Below are positions 18,362-26,553 of a DNA stretch of 64,000 nucleotides, piece by piece. The notes under the pieces are model-generated. The model saw only the letters and a program-made list of their open reading frames with translations. It ran no database searches and had not been told where the DNA came from. Origin of the DNA: a virus (taxonomy: Duplodnaviria; Caudoviricetes). How positions within the stretch are numbered: the first letter of the stretch is position 1; the number at the start of each line of letters is the position of its first letter. The translations under genes were made by a program, and so were the position numbers. The stretch spans positions 1-64,000 of IMG/VR virus record IMGVR_UViG_3300030376_005300, one strand, 5' to 3'.

Positions 18362-18900
18362 GCCTACACGAGAACTTCGGCAGTGGCAACGCTGATGCCA
18401 ACCCCGACCTCAAGCCCAACGACATGGTGATGACCCCACAGCACATCGCCAAGCAGATGATTGATTTTTACAAATCCAAAATCACTTTTGCCAGTGTAAT
18501 ACTTGACCCGTGCCGTGGTGATGGTGCATTCTACGACCAATACCCCGACTACTGTAGGAAGGACTGGTGCGAAATCACCGAGGGCCGTGACTTCTTTGAC
18601 TGGCCCTACAAGGTGGACTGGATTATCACCAACCCACCGTACAGCATTTTCCCTCAGTTCTTGGAGAAGTGCTTTGAGGTGGCTGACAATGTGGCCCTGC
18701 TGATACCGCTTGCGAAGTTGGTGTCAAGCCTCAAGCGAATAAATATGGTCATGGACTACGGAGGTATTGTGTCAATGCGAGTCATTGGAGCGAGCAAGTG
18801 CGGGTTCCCCTTCGGGTTCCCTGCCGCCGCCATCCACATGCAACGAGGCTACGAGGGCTACACGCTGATTGAGATGTGGCCAACAGACGAGGAGGAATGA
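18358..18900 (+). CDS. DNA amino-methyltransferase (m6A/m4C), orphan
   Basis: Motif I LDPCRGDGAF and motif IV IITNPPY; TTG start overlapping upstream TGA, GGGGTGA RBS. Confidence 0.85.
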   Translation: MSLHENFGSGNADANPDLKPNDMVMTPQHIAKQMIDFYKSKITFASVILDPCRGDGAFYDQYPDYCRKDWCEITEGRDFFDWPYKVDWIITNPPYSIFPQFLEKCFEVADNVALLIPLAKLVSSLKRINMVMDYGGIVSMRVIGASKCGFPFGFPAAAIHMQRGYEGYTLIEMWPTDEEE

Positions 18901-18902
18901 AC

Positions 18903-19331
18903 ATGAGTGAAGAGTACATACCCGAAAAGAAAGACTTGGGAAGGCACGCCTTAAGACTGAGCCTTGAACAGCGCAAAGACTTGTTCTTTGATATTGTGAG
19001 GGATAGGTTGGATGGAGGATGGGACTTGTCCTTTGTGGAATACGCTCCCGACTATGCCTCCACTTACAACTACGAACCTGTACGAGAGTTCTCTATCACT
19101 GGAGAATGGTACGACCAATTCAATTCAACCGATGAAATGTTTGATGCGTTTTGTGAGTTGATGGAAGACGGTGAGTTCCCACACAAGTATGGCAACTGGG
19201 ACAAAGAGATTTGTGACACAATCAACGAACACATGATTGCCAACTACATTTGGGACGAGTGCCGACACGACGACCGGGAATACAGATTGTTATTGTGGAA
19301 TCAAATTGAATCTATGCGAGAGGAGGAATGA
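18903..19331 (+). CDS. acidic hypothetical protein
   Basis: junction RBS; EEE* tail. Confidence 0.75.
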   Translation: MSEEYIPEKKDLGRHALRLSLEQRKDLFFDIVRDRLDGGWDLSFVEYAPDYASTYNYEPVREFSITGEWYDQFNSTDEMFDAFCELMEDGEFPHKYGNWDKEICDTINEHMIANYIWDECRHDDREYRLLLWNQIESMREEE

Positions 19332-19333
19332 AC

Positions 19334-19480
19334 ATGGGACAAATGAACGATGGAAGCGAATGCCTACTGTGCGAACTGTGGCAAGACCTTGACAGCACTG
19401 ACGACTTAGACAAGTGCTGTAAGGAATGCCGGAGCGAGATTGAATGGATGCTCACACGACGAAGGGCAGGTGATGAATGA
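19334..19480 (+). CDS. micro Zn-finger protein (48 aa)
   Basis: CLLC...CKEC; junction RBS. Confidence 0.6.
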   Translation: MGQMNDGSECLLCELWQDLDSTDDLDKCCKECRSEIEWMLTRRRAGDE

Positions 19481-19830
19481 TGTTTTGGCGAAAGAAAGAA
19501 CAAGAAGTGTTCTCACCATGTAAAAGAACAGTCATGTGGTTGTGGGACAAAGGAGCGTATGATTGGGACAAGTTCGTGGACATCATCACAAATCAGTTCG
19601 GTGGTGAGTTGTGCCCCGAATGTGAAACCCACTGGGTCTTTGAAGGGCAGTGGAGTCATTCTGTTGCTGATGAGGACATGCACAAGGTGTATCAACGAAT
19701 CGCAAACGGAGACAAGCACAAGTATCTCACTGATGGTTTAACCTACGAGTCTTGCGAAGAGTGTGCGGTTGACTGGGAGAATGACCATGTGGAGCATCAA
19801 AGTGGGCACGAGGTGGTAAGCGATGACTGA
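19477..19830 (+). CDS. Zn-finger hypothetical protein
   Basis: CPEC...CEEC. Confidence 0.75.
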   Translation: MMFWRKKEQEVFSPCKRTVMWLWDKGAYDWDKFVDIITNQFGGELCPECETHWVFEGQWSHSVADEDMHKVYQRIANGDKHKYLTDGLTYESCEECAVDWENDHVEHQSGHEVVSDD

Positions 19831-20002
19831 TTACGAAGAAACAATAAATCACGAAATGCTTTCAATGATGATGGATTTAGAATCCATCATGAACTATTTT
19901 GCTGGTCTGTGGCAAGAGGGAATCATAACACCCGACGAGTATCAAATCTTCCGAGAGAACTTTGAAAATGCTCACAATGTTATTCGGAGGCAATTGAAAT
20001 GA
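19823..20002 (+). CDS. small hypothetical protein (59 aa)
   Basis: GAGGTG RBS; fills the gap; ATGA overlap. Confidence 0.6.
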   Translation: MTDYEETINHEMLSMMMDLESIMNYFAGLWQEGIITPDEYQIFRENFENAHNVIRRQLK

Positions 20003-20196
20003 CCGAAGTACTTGACGCTTTGATGAAAGACGAGTGCCACATCATGCTCCTCGTGCGACAAAGCGACGGCGATGATGTGTGGAAAGACTACGGTTCAATC
20101 CTACGAGTTCGGCGTGACATCTACGACGGACTCCTTGAGTGGGCGAACGATGACCGAGGTCCACCCGGATGGTGGGAGGCGAAGAAGAATGTCTAA
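19999..20196 (+). CDS. small hypothetical protein
   Basis: Coupled ORF. Confidence 0.65.
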   Translation: MTEVLDALMKDECHIMLLVRQSDGDDVWKDYGSILRVRRDIYDGLLEWANDDRGPPGWWEAKKNV

Positions 20197-20470
20197 CCGT
20201 GGCTTTGACCAAGAGATTCGCTGGCGTGTGCCAGCCACCACGATACGGTGGCGTGGCAAGGCCGAAGCGGTCATGAGCGTGGCTGACCCCAAGGGCGATG
20301 CCGAGCCCAAAATTGACATTCGCATCCGACGCACCGTTGAACATCCCAAAGGCGAAGGCTTCACGAGAGAGGGTTTGAGGCTGAGTCTTGAGGACGCCGA
20401 TTCACTGGCGAAAGCAATCCAGCATACCCTTCAAAAACTGAGGGAAACAGATGGGAAGACAGAGGATTGA
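20189..20470 (+). CDS. PC4/p15-like ssDNA-binding protein
   Basis: IDIR...FTREGLRLS.E...L pattern of the PC4 fold. Confidence 0.65.
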   Translation: MSNRGFDQEIRWRVPATTIRWRGKAEAVMSVADPKGDAEPKIDIRIRRTVEHPKGEGFTREGLRLSLEDADSLAKAIQHTLQKLRETDGKTED

Positions 20471-20759
20471 TGGGTTGCTGAAAACTCAAGCCCAGCAAAG
20501 CGTTTTCAATTCCTTGGACAAGAGTACCTATCACTTATCGCTGGACATTCGGAAGCAAGTGACCGAAATGTATCATTCAATGTACAGGGCTCGCTACCGC
20601 CGGAGTAGTAAGTTCCAGCGCAACTACAGTTACCTGACCATTGACAGGACGCTCGCAAAGAGTCAAGGGTGGAAGTGTACGAGCCGAGCGCACATAATAC
20701 AAACCCAGCCTTTTTTGACGCAAATGAGAGATGCATGGGTCTACACGGAGGAAGAATAA
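20451..20759 (+). CDS. basic hypothetical protein
   Basis: ORF with EEE* tail, TAATG overlap. Confidence 0.7.
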   Translation: MGRQRIDGLLKTQAQQSVFNSLDKSTYHLSLDIRKQVTEMYHSMYRARYRRSSKFQRNYSYLTIDRTLAKSQGWKCTSRAHIIQTQPFLTQMRDAWVYTEEE

Positions 20760-22219
20760 TGCTACTCGCTGAGGCGGCAAACATCGCAGAAGGCCTGCGT
20801 AACTTCTATCGCTTCTACATGACGGACGCCGAAGAGCGTTCCAAGTATTTCAGGCGAATCGTTGACTTGATTCGCCAAGGTGTGAACAACTCCATTGACG
20901 ATAGTTCTCAGTTGATTGACATGTACTACCCTGAGTATTCCAAGTACCAGCGGCAGTTCGTTTCATTCCATGAACTACGAGAGGACATCTGCAAGAAGTT
21001 GTCCATCTCTCCACTGGTGTGGGACGAATCAATGGCAGGCAAGCCAGTCGTCCCCCTGCTGGCATTGGAGTCAGCAGAGTACGGCGGTCAAGGATTGACC
21101 GTCAAGCAGGCACTCAACCTCATGGCGAGAATCAAGGACGAAGGCTTCTTCCAAATTGCCAGCAAAATGAATGAGAAAGAAGCACTGCTGTTTTGGGGCA
21201 GGGCAACAGACGAACGCCCTCCCATGCCAGTCAACCGTTTCTTGCAGGCTGTCTCGTACGCTACTGACCGTGGCGCACAGAGCCTGCAATCCATCAATGT
21301 CATGCTCCAAACCATGTCGCCCGCTGAAATCATTCAGCGCCTGTACGGCGACACACAAGACATGGAGGTACGGACCATGCAACCGGGCCAGCCTTTCCTT
21401 GGCCCCATCTACAAGGCGTGGGATAAAATGACTACGCCGGAGGATGTGTACGCTGAGGTAATCACAGGAGAACGGCGATACTTGCACATCACGGAGTTCC
21501 CGAAAGGTACATTCAAAGGTGTTCTCTACAACCGGCACAAGCAAGTGTTCGGCAAAATGTCAGAGTCCATGCTCCCCTACACAGAGGCAGAGGCTGTCTT
21601 TGAAGTGGAGATGGACGGCAGTATTGTCACGAACATGACCGATGTGTACGCACTCGGCAACGACTGGGACATCTACAAACAGGACTACAAAGACAGAGCC
21701 GCTTTGCTGGGAAACCTCAGCCTCAAGGCTCCTGTCAAAGCAGGTAAGTTTGTACCTACTAACACAGATTTCAACTATTTACTTGAGACGCTGGAAGATA
21801 GCGAACGACTGCGCCTATTGTCCACTGGCCCTATCCGCCTTGGAAATGTAGGTGGCTGGGTCATTCTCAAGGACGCTTTTCACATTCGTCTGCTTGTCAC
21901 TGCGGTACGCCGTGATGAAGCGTTTGAAACTCATGTCCGCCTTTCCACCATGGATGGGTACGAAACCTATGAAGTTGGACAGTTGCAGTTAAGTGTAGAG
22001 GTTGCTCAGCATGTGCGTCAGCGCCTCGCCCATCAAGGCGTACTTGCCGGACAGGATTGGATTCCTGTTGACGAGTATGCCATGGTCGTCGTCGTTGAAC
22101 TCAGTGAGTTTTCACTGAGCGACCTGACATTGGAGAAAGCGGACATCCGCTATCTTGATGATGGGTTGGGATACAGCGATGTATCTCAGTTGACTGACCT
22201 CATAGAAATGAGTGCCTGA
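20759..22219 (+). CDS. ATP-dependent DNA ligase homologue, apparently catalytically degenerate
   Basis: PGQPF..P, motif I region AEVITGERRYLH (vs ExKxDGxRxQxH), YNR, VFEVE, TDVY, YKDRAALL, GWVILK; ligase-like length and domain order. Confidence 0.65.
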   Translation: MLLAEAANIAEGLRNFYRFYMTDAEERSKYFRRIVDLIRQGVNNSIDDSSQLIDMYYPEYSKYQRQFVSFHELREDICKKLSISPLVWDESMAGKPVVPLLALESAEYGGQGLTVKQALNLMARIKDEGFFQIASKMNEKEALLFWGRATDERPPMPVNRFLQAVSYATDRGAQSLQSINVMLQTMSPAEIIQRLYGDTQDMEVRTMQPGQPFLGPIYKAWDKMTTPEDVYAEVITGERRYLHITEFPKGTFKGVLYNRHKQVFGKMSESMLPYTEAEAVFEVEMDGSIVTNMTDVYALGNDWDIYKQDYKDRAALLGNLSLKAPVKAGKFVPTNTDFNYLLETLEDSERLRLLSTGPIRLGNVGGWVILKDAFHIRLLVTAVRRDEAFETHVRLSTMDGYETYEVGQLQLSVEVAQHVRQRLAHQGVLAGQDWIPVDEYAMVVVVELSEFSLSDLTLEKADIRYLDDGLGYSDVSQLTDLIEMSA

Positions 22220-22223
22220 CATG

Positions 22224-22255
22224 AAGTCCTTATAAACTGACAATAAAGGAAATGG
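22224..22255 (+). promoter_or_regulatory. early/middle promoter motif copy 5
   Basis: AAGTCCTTATAAACTGACAATAAAGGAAATGG directly before RFC. Confidence 0.85.
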
Positions 22256-23193
22256 AGCGATTCCGAATGAACCTGAGAGAGCAATACCGACCATCCACTT
22301 TGGATGATTTGACGGGGTGCGATGAGTTCCTTAAGTCTGCAAAGACTTGGGACATCAAGACCTGCCCTGCTAACATCCTTTTGGTTGGACCTCCCGGTGT
22401 TGGCAAGACCAGTGCGGCCTACGCACTGGCTAAGGATTTACTTGGCGACTACTTTGACCCTATGAACTTCCGTGTTACCAATGCCAGCGATGACAGAGGC
22501 ATTGACGCTGTGCGAGAACTCAAGCAAATCAGCAAGCGCAAGGGGCTTGGAGTGGCTCGTCGCATTGAGTTCATGGACGAGTTTGAAAGCACGACAGCAC
22601 CTGCCCAAAAGGCCCTCCGTCAAATCATGGAGGAGAGCCACGGTACCACTGTGTTCATTCTCACGGCCAACGACATCACTCCGATTCACAGCGCCATCCG
22701 TGACCGATGCCTGACTTTCTTCTTCAAACCCATAGACCATGAGAACACGGGTCGCTTGGAGTTCATCATTGACCAAGAAAGCCTACCACAAGAGTGGAAG
22801 GAATACCTACCACACCTTATCAAATCTACAGGCGGCTCGCTGAGAAAGGCGATTGACACTTTGGAAAGCATTCCACGAGAGCCCACTGCTCTCGCAGAGA
22901 GCATCCGCCGAGACACTTCGTATCTTAACAAGGCCGCTCTCAATCTCATGGGGAGTGATTTCCCCAAGGTGACTGCATACCTGACCCAAGCACTGGAGTC
23001 GGGTCAGACACGCTTCGGTGTCCTGCGAGGACTCCGCTACCGTGCCAAACCGCTCATGGAGAGCGAGGACGATTGGCACAATTTCATGCTCACATACGGC
23101 GAGTTCGCTGTCTTGTCCACACAGTGGCCTGACGATGACTTGTCGTTTGTGGAATACTTTGTAGCAAAGTTGAAAAAAAATAAGGAGAGATGA
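22252..23193 (+). CDS. rfcS: replication factor C (clamp loader) small subunit (alternative start 22267)
   Basis: EQYRP.TLDD, GPPGVGKT, NASDDRG, MDE, IRDRC (SRC-like), GSLRKAI. Confidence 0.92.
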   Translation: MERFRMNLREQYRPSTLDDLTGCDEFLKSAKTWDIKTCPANILLVGPPGVGKTSAAYALAKDLLGDYFDPMNFRVTNASDDRGIDAVRELKQISKRKGLGVARRIEFMDEFESTTAPAQKALRQIMEESHGTTVFILTANDITPIHSAIRDRCLTFFFKPIDHENTGRLEFIIDQESLPQEWKEYLPHLIKSTGGSLRKAIDTLESIPREPTALAESIRRDTSYLNKAALNLMGSDFPKVTAYLTQALESGQTRFGVLRGLRYRAKPLMESEDDWHNFMLTYGEFAVLSTQWPDDDLSFVEYFVAKLKKNKER

Positions 23194-24434
23194 AGATGGA
23201 AGAAAAGAAGAATTACCCTGATGATGTGTTGGAGAAACTCAACGGATACGCCGAGAAGTTTGGAATCAAAGTCGGTGAAGCGGCGAACAAGTTTCACGAG
23301 TGGTTGAAAGTAGAGTTCATGGTTGAAGACCCATTCAGTGAAGACCCGTTCTACCTCAGCCAATGGTGTGAACAATTTGTTGTTGAAACCCGAAACGCTA
23401 CCGCCGGTCGCCAGCGTGAAACCGTGACTTACATCGGCATGTTTGTCGGCACCGAAGACGAACCACGGGACAACCGAAAGAACATGTACGACAAAGCGAT
23501 GAACATGTTCCGAAACAACCGAGACAAGGCCATCAACGACGGCCTCATCGGTGTCCTCACTGCCAAGGAAGGTAAGTGGTGCATCAACGGTAACGCAACC
23601 GATGAGCGAGTTAATGGGAGCGACCTACCTTGGTTTGGTTTTGAGTACAATGACATGATTCTCTGCCTCCTCACTAACCGTGACGGAAAGGTGAAGCCGG
23701 TCATGCCGAACAGTTTCAGCAAAGCCGCTTACTTCTTGGGCTCACGGGAAGGCGGAAGCGACATTCAGATGTGGCGTGTCAACCTTCAAGGGAAAGCCAT
23801 GGAGGCCAACTACACTCAATGGACTGCGACTCGCATCCATGTTATTGAGCCTACCAAGGCTGGTGCTGACACACTCTACACCAACAACAACTTCCACGAG
23901 ACCGTGGAGTACACAGACACTTGGCTCCCCGAGAACTTGCGTCAAGCGTTCAGCGCAGAGCGTCTGCTTGTCAACGGTAAGATGCACAACGAGTATGTAC
24001 CGTTGGACGAATTGCTTGAGGCTCACCCTGAGCGCAAGATTACGACCAAGAACGGTATGACACTCAATCCCATCATCATCACGAGAGGACTTGTGACTTA
24101 TCTCAACCGAGACCCGATGGATAGCGAGTACGACCCTACAGGGCGCTCTTACCGTCTACAAATCTACGGCCAAGGTGTAGACCCTGTGACTGTTTGGGTT
24201 TCCGGTAGCATGCACGACCGAGACAATGTGTTTCACTACACGGATGTCAACGGGAATGTCCGCCCTTACAATGAGAAGACCAGCGTGATTGTCGTGGGTC
24301 GCCTCAAGTTGCGCCCGTATCAAAACGAAATGCAACCGTCCATGTCTGCTCTTGGTATCTTTATTCCTCCACGAACTGCTCGTCCAGCGGGTGGCGTGGG
24401 AGACACAAGTTTGAATCAATTCCGAGGTGAATGA
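23190..24434 (+). CDS. putative RPA-like OB-fold ssDNA-binding protein
   Basis: Position in replication module, beta-rich C-terminal OB-like segment, C-terminal PIP-like DTSLNQF. Confidence 0.55.
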   Translation: MKMEEKKNYPDDVLEKLNGYAEKFGIKVGEAANKFHEWLKVEFMVEDPFSEDPFYLSQWCEQFVVETRNATAGRQRETVTYIGMFVGTEDEPRDNRKNMYDKAMNMFRNNRDKAINDGLIGVLTAKEGKWCINGNATDERVNGSDLPWFGFEYNDMILCLLTNRDGKVKPVMPNSFSKAAYFLGSREGGSDIQMWRVNLQGKAMEANYTQWTATRIHVIEPTKAGADTLYTNNNFHETVEYTDTWLPENLRQAFSAERLLVNGKMHNEYVPLDELLEAHPERKITTKNGMTLNPIIITRGLVTYLNRDPMDSEYDPTGRSYRLQIYGQGVDPVTVWVSGSMHDRDNVFHYTDVNGNVRPYNEKTSVIVVGRLKLRPYQNEMQPSMSALGIFIPPRTARPAGGVGDTSLNQFRGE

Positions 24435-25477
24435 ATATGAGTTGGGAAGCATTAGCAGAAAACAATGAAGCGAGCAATAAGAAACCAGTGAAGGCGGAGA
24501 CGCTCGCTGAGATTCAAGAACAGCAAACGGTGCCCGTCCAAGCGGCGCAAGAGCCGACTACTGTGAAGACAGAAATGGCGTCCTCTTCCGAGTTCATCAG
24601 CAAGTTCCCTACCATTGCATCCGAGATGAAGTCTCAAGCGAACCCTCCTGCGATTGCACCGAGTTCTACCTTCCTTGCCTTTGTAGGGCACGAAGGTAAC
24701 GGTAAGACGGGGCTCGCCATGGACGCACATGTTCACAAGCACCCTGACGGTCTCGCAATCGTACTTGACCATGACAACGGCGGCTTGTCTTGCAAACAGG
24801 CACACTATGGAGACAGTCGGGATTTCCGTATCTTTTCCCCATGGGTCATGCAACAGGAAGACAGGACGGCTTACAACTACTTGGCGTCTTACAACCGTGC
24901 CATGGACATTGGTAAGTTCGCTGTTGAGTATGCAGAGCGACAAGCAGAACCGGGATACGAAGGGCAACTACTCAAGACATTCATTGTCACTGGTGTAGAC
25001 CAGTACGATGAAATGTGCATCAATTGCATGAAAATCTACGACCTTGACATGAAGGCCACTGATGCTGTTGAAGCAAGCCATGCCAAACTCAATCAGGAGA
25101 TTGGTTGGAACTGGAGCATCCGCTCTACTCGTTTCAAGCAACTGACGGCTATCTGTCAGAAACTCAACCGTCTCGGTGTAGATGTCTACTGGGAGACCCA
25201 TCTCAAGCCCGATGACGGGCTACTGAGCCATGAAGGATTCAAAATTGTGTGGGAGAAGAGTGCTAACAAAGACCTCTTCCAAATTGTGTGGGTCAAATCA
25301 AAGCCTGTCCGTAACAACGACGGTGCCCTGACTGGCGAAACACGCTACACTGCCGAGTTCTACAAGAGCAAGACCAACCCGAACCTACTCAACCAAGAGC
25401 GACTGTACTTCGTCACCAAGAAAGGAGAAGACGCACAGTGGTACGGACTACCTGAACTACGGGACGGTGTTATTTGA
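24431..25477 (+). CDS. RecA/RadA-superfamily (AAA_24/Sak4-like) P-loop ATPase
   Basis: Walker A GHEGNGKT, LDHDNG, divergent Walker B FIVTGVD, ETH. Confidence 0.75.
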   Translation: MNMSWEALAENNEASNKKPVKAETLAEIQEQQTVPVQAAQEPTTVKTEMASSSEFISKFPTIASEMKSQANPPAIAPSSTFLAFVGHEGNGKTGLAMDAHVHKHPDGLAIVLDHDNGGLSCKQAHYGDSRDFRIFSPWVMQQEDRTAYNYLASYNRAMDIGKFAVEYAERQAEPGYEGQLLKTFIVTGVDQYDEMCINCMKIYDLDMKATDAVEASHAKLNQEIGWNWSIRSTRFKQLTAICQKLNRLGVDVYWETHLKPDDGLLSHEGFKIVWEKSANKDLFQIVWVKSKPVRNNDGALTGETRYTAEFYKSKTNPNLLNQERLYFVTKKGEDAQWYGLPELRDGVI

Positions 25478-25487
25478 GCAAGAATGA

Positions 25488-25593
25488 CTACTCAAGGGGT
25501 TTTGTCAGTAAAAACGGGAAGTTCACACTTTGACATAGTGGTTTTGGTGCTGGGTGTTTCTTTCACCATGACCCGTTTTCCCCGCCCGAGTAG
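25488..25593 (+). other. candidate structured RNA/DNA element in intergenic region
   Basis: Nested pairs CTACTC/GAGTAG, GGGG/CCCC, AAAACGGG/CCCGTTTT plus two inner hairpins. Confidence 0.45.
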
Positions 25594-25603
25594 AGGTGAT
25601 AAC

Positions 25604-26365
25604 ATGACAGCATTCAGTATTTCACGAGACAACTTAAACTCTTTTCTGAGTTCGTTTGGTAAGGACTTGATGGACATTGCCATCACGGTAAACCGGGATT
25701 CGGTACATGCGGCGGTCGCTAAGAGCACTCACTACATTTCACGACAGGTGGAGTGCAGTGACACTACTCCCGGCAACCTGTACATCTCCGACATTCCGAA
25801 GGTCAAAGCGTACCTGTCTACCAGCAAAATCCCTGACTTGTCGTTCACGCAGTCGGGCAAGACTGGTACACTTCACATCCGATGCGGCAACACGAGCCTG
25901 CAAATCCCTACGACTTCTTACATTGAATCACAGAAAAAGGTCGGACTGATGAGCAAGACCATTGACAATGCACGAGACAGTATGTGGCGCACATGGTTCA
26001 ACCTTCCGTTGACCCACCACGCAAGAGTTTCAGCAGACTCGCTGAAACCCGCCACCGGCTTCAAGAAAGTGCTGGGCGACAAGTTCGCATGCAAGACCGA
26101 GTTTGACATTGACGATGAATCGCTGATTATCCGTGGCGGGTCTACTAACACGGGTAAAATGTTTGTGAAGGCAGACCTAAGCCATGTAGAGTCAAGCGGA
26201 GTATCTGTCAGGTCAGCCTTTGACAAGTGGCTCCCTGAACTCCTCACCAACCTACCAGCCGGTGAGTTTGAATTGCACACTGGTGACGAGACCGTTCTCA
26301 TTCTTGAGCAGGCTACGAGCAACTTCCTGATGGTTGTCATTGACCAAGAGTACGAGGAGGACTGA
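25604..26365 (+). CDS. putative PCNA-like sliding clamp
   Basis: 253 aa with two-repeat alpha/beta pattern, between RFC and PolB; GAGGTGA RBS. Confidence 0.6.
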   Translation: MTAFSISRDNLNSFLSSFGKDLMDIAITVNRDSVHAAVAKSTHYISRQVECSDTTPGNLYISDIPKVKAYLSTSKIPDLSFTQSGKTGTLHIRCGNTSLQIPTTSYIESQKKVGLMSKTIDNARDSMWRTWFNLPLTHHARVSADSLKPATGFKKVLGDKFACKTEFDIDDESLIIRGGSTNTGKMFVKADLSHVESSGVSVRSAFDKWLPELLTNLPAGEFELHTGDETVLILEQATSNFLMVVIDQEYEED

Positions 26366-26367
26366 CT

Positions 26368-26553
26368 GTGAATTACACATACATCAATAGGGACAGGCGG
26401 GATACCTGCTGGTACTGTGGTGGTCGCCTCATTTGGGGCACCGACCACGATGCAGAGGACCTCGGCTACGATGCCCCCGGTATCGTTACGCACCTTCATT
26501 GTTCACGATGCAATGCTCATGTAGAGTATGTTAAACTGGAGGAAGAAGAGTGA
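26368..26553 (+). CDS. small Zn-ribbon protein
   Basis: CWYCGG.LIW...CSRC. Confidence 0.75.
   Translation: MNYTYINRDRRDTCWYCGGRLIWGTDHDAEDLGYDAPGIVTHLHCSRCNAHVEYVKLEEEE

Larger units (their letters stand above)
296..19336 (+). repeat. dispersed gene-junction repeat GAGGAGGAATRA(A)ACATG (~15 copies)
   Basis: Seen near 296, 799, 1054, 1413, 2012, 2198, 2794, 3207, 3577, 5545, 6117, 9178, 9544, 18889 and 19320. Confidence 0.85.

Noticed and set aside
339-22255. 32-bp repeats as CRISPR repeats or att sites
   Set aside because: Copies are kilobases apart, always oriented ahead of gene starts, and contain a TATA box
25526-25540. Anticodon-like hairpin (GAC) as a tRNA-Val
   Set aside because: No D-arm, T-arm or acceptor geometry; kept only as part of the structured element
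25484-25603. ORF-track N-terminal extensions (also 5137, 6110, 7806, 17154, 20072, 20669, 34302)
   Set aside because: Downstream ATGs have proper RBS or stop-start coupling; the extensions overlap upstream genes or regulatory DNA
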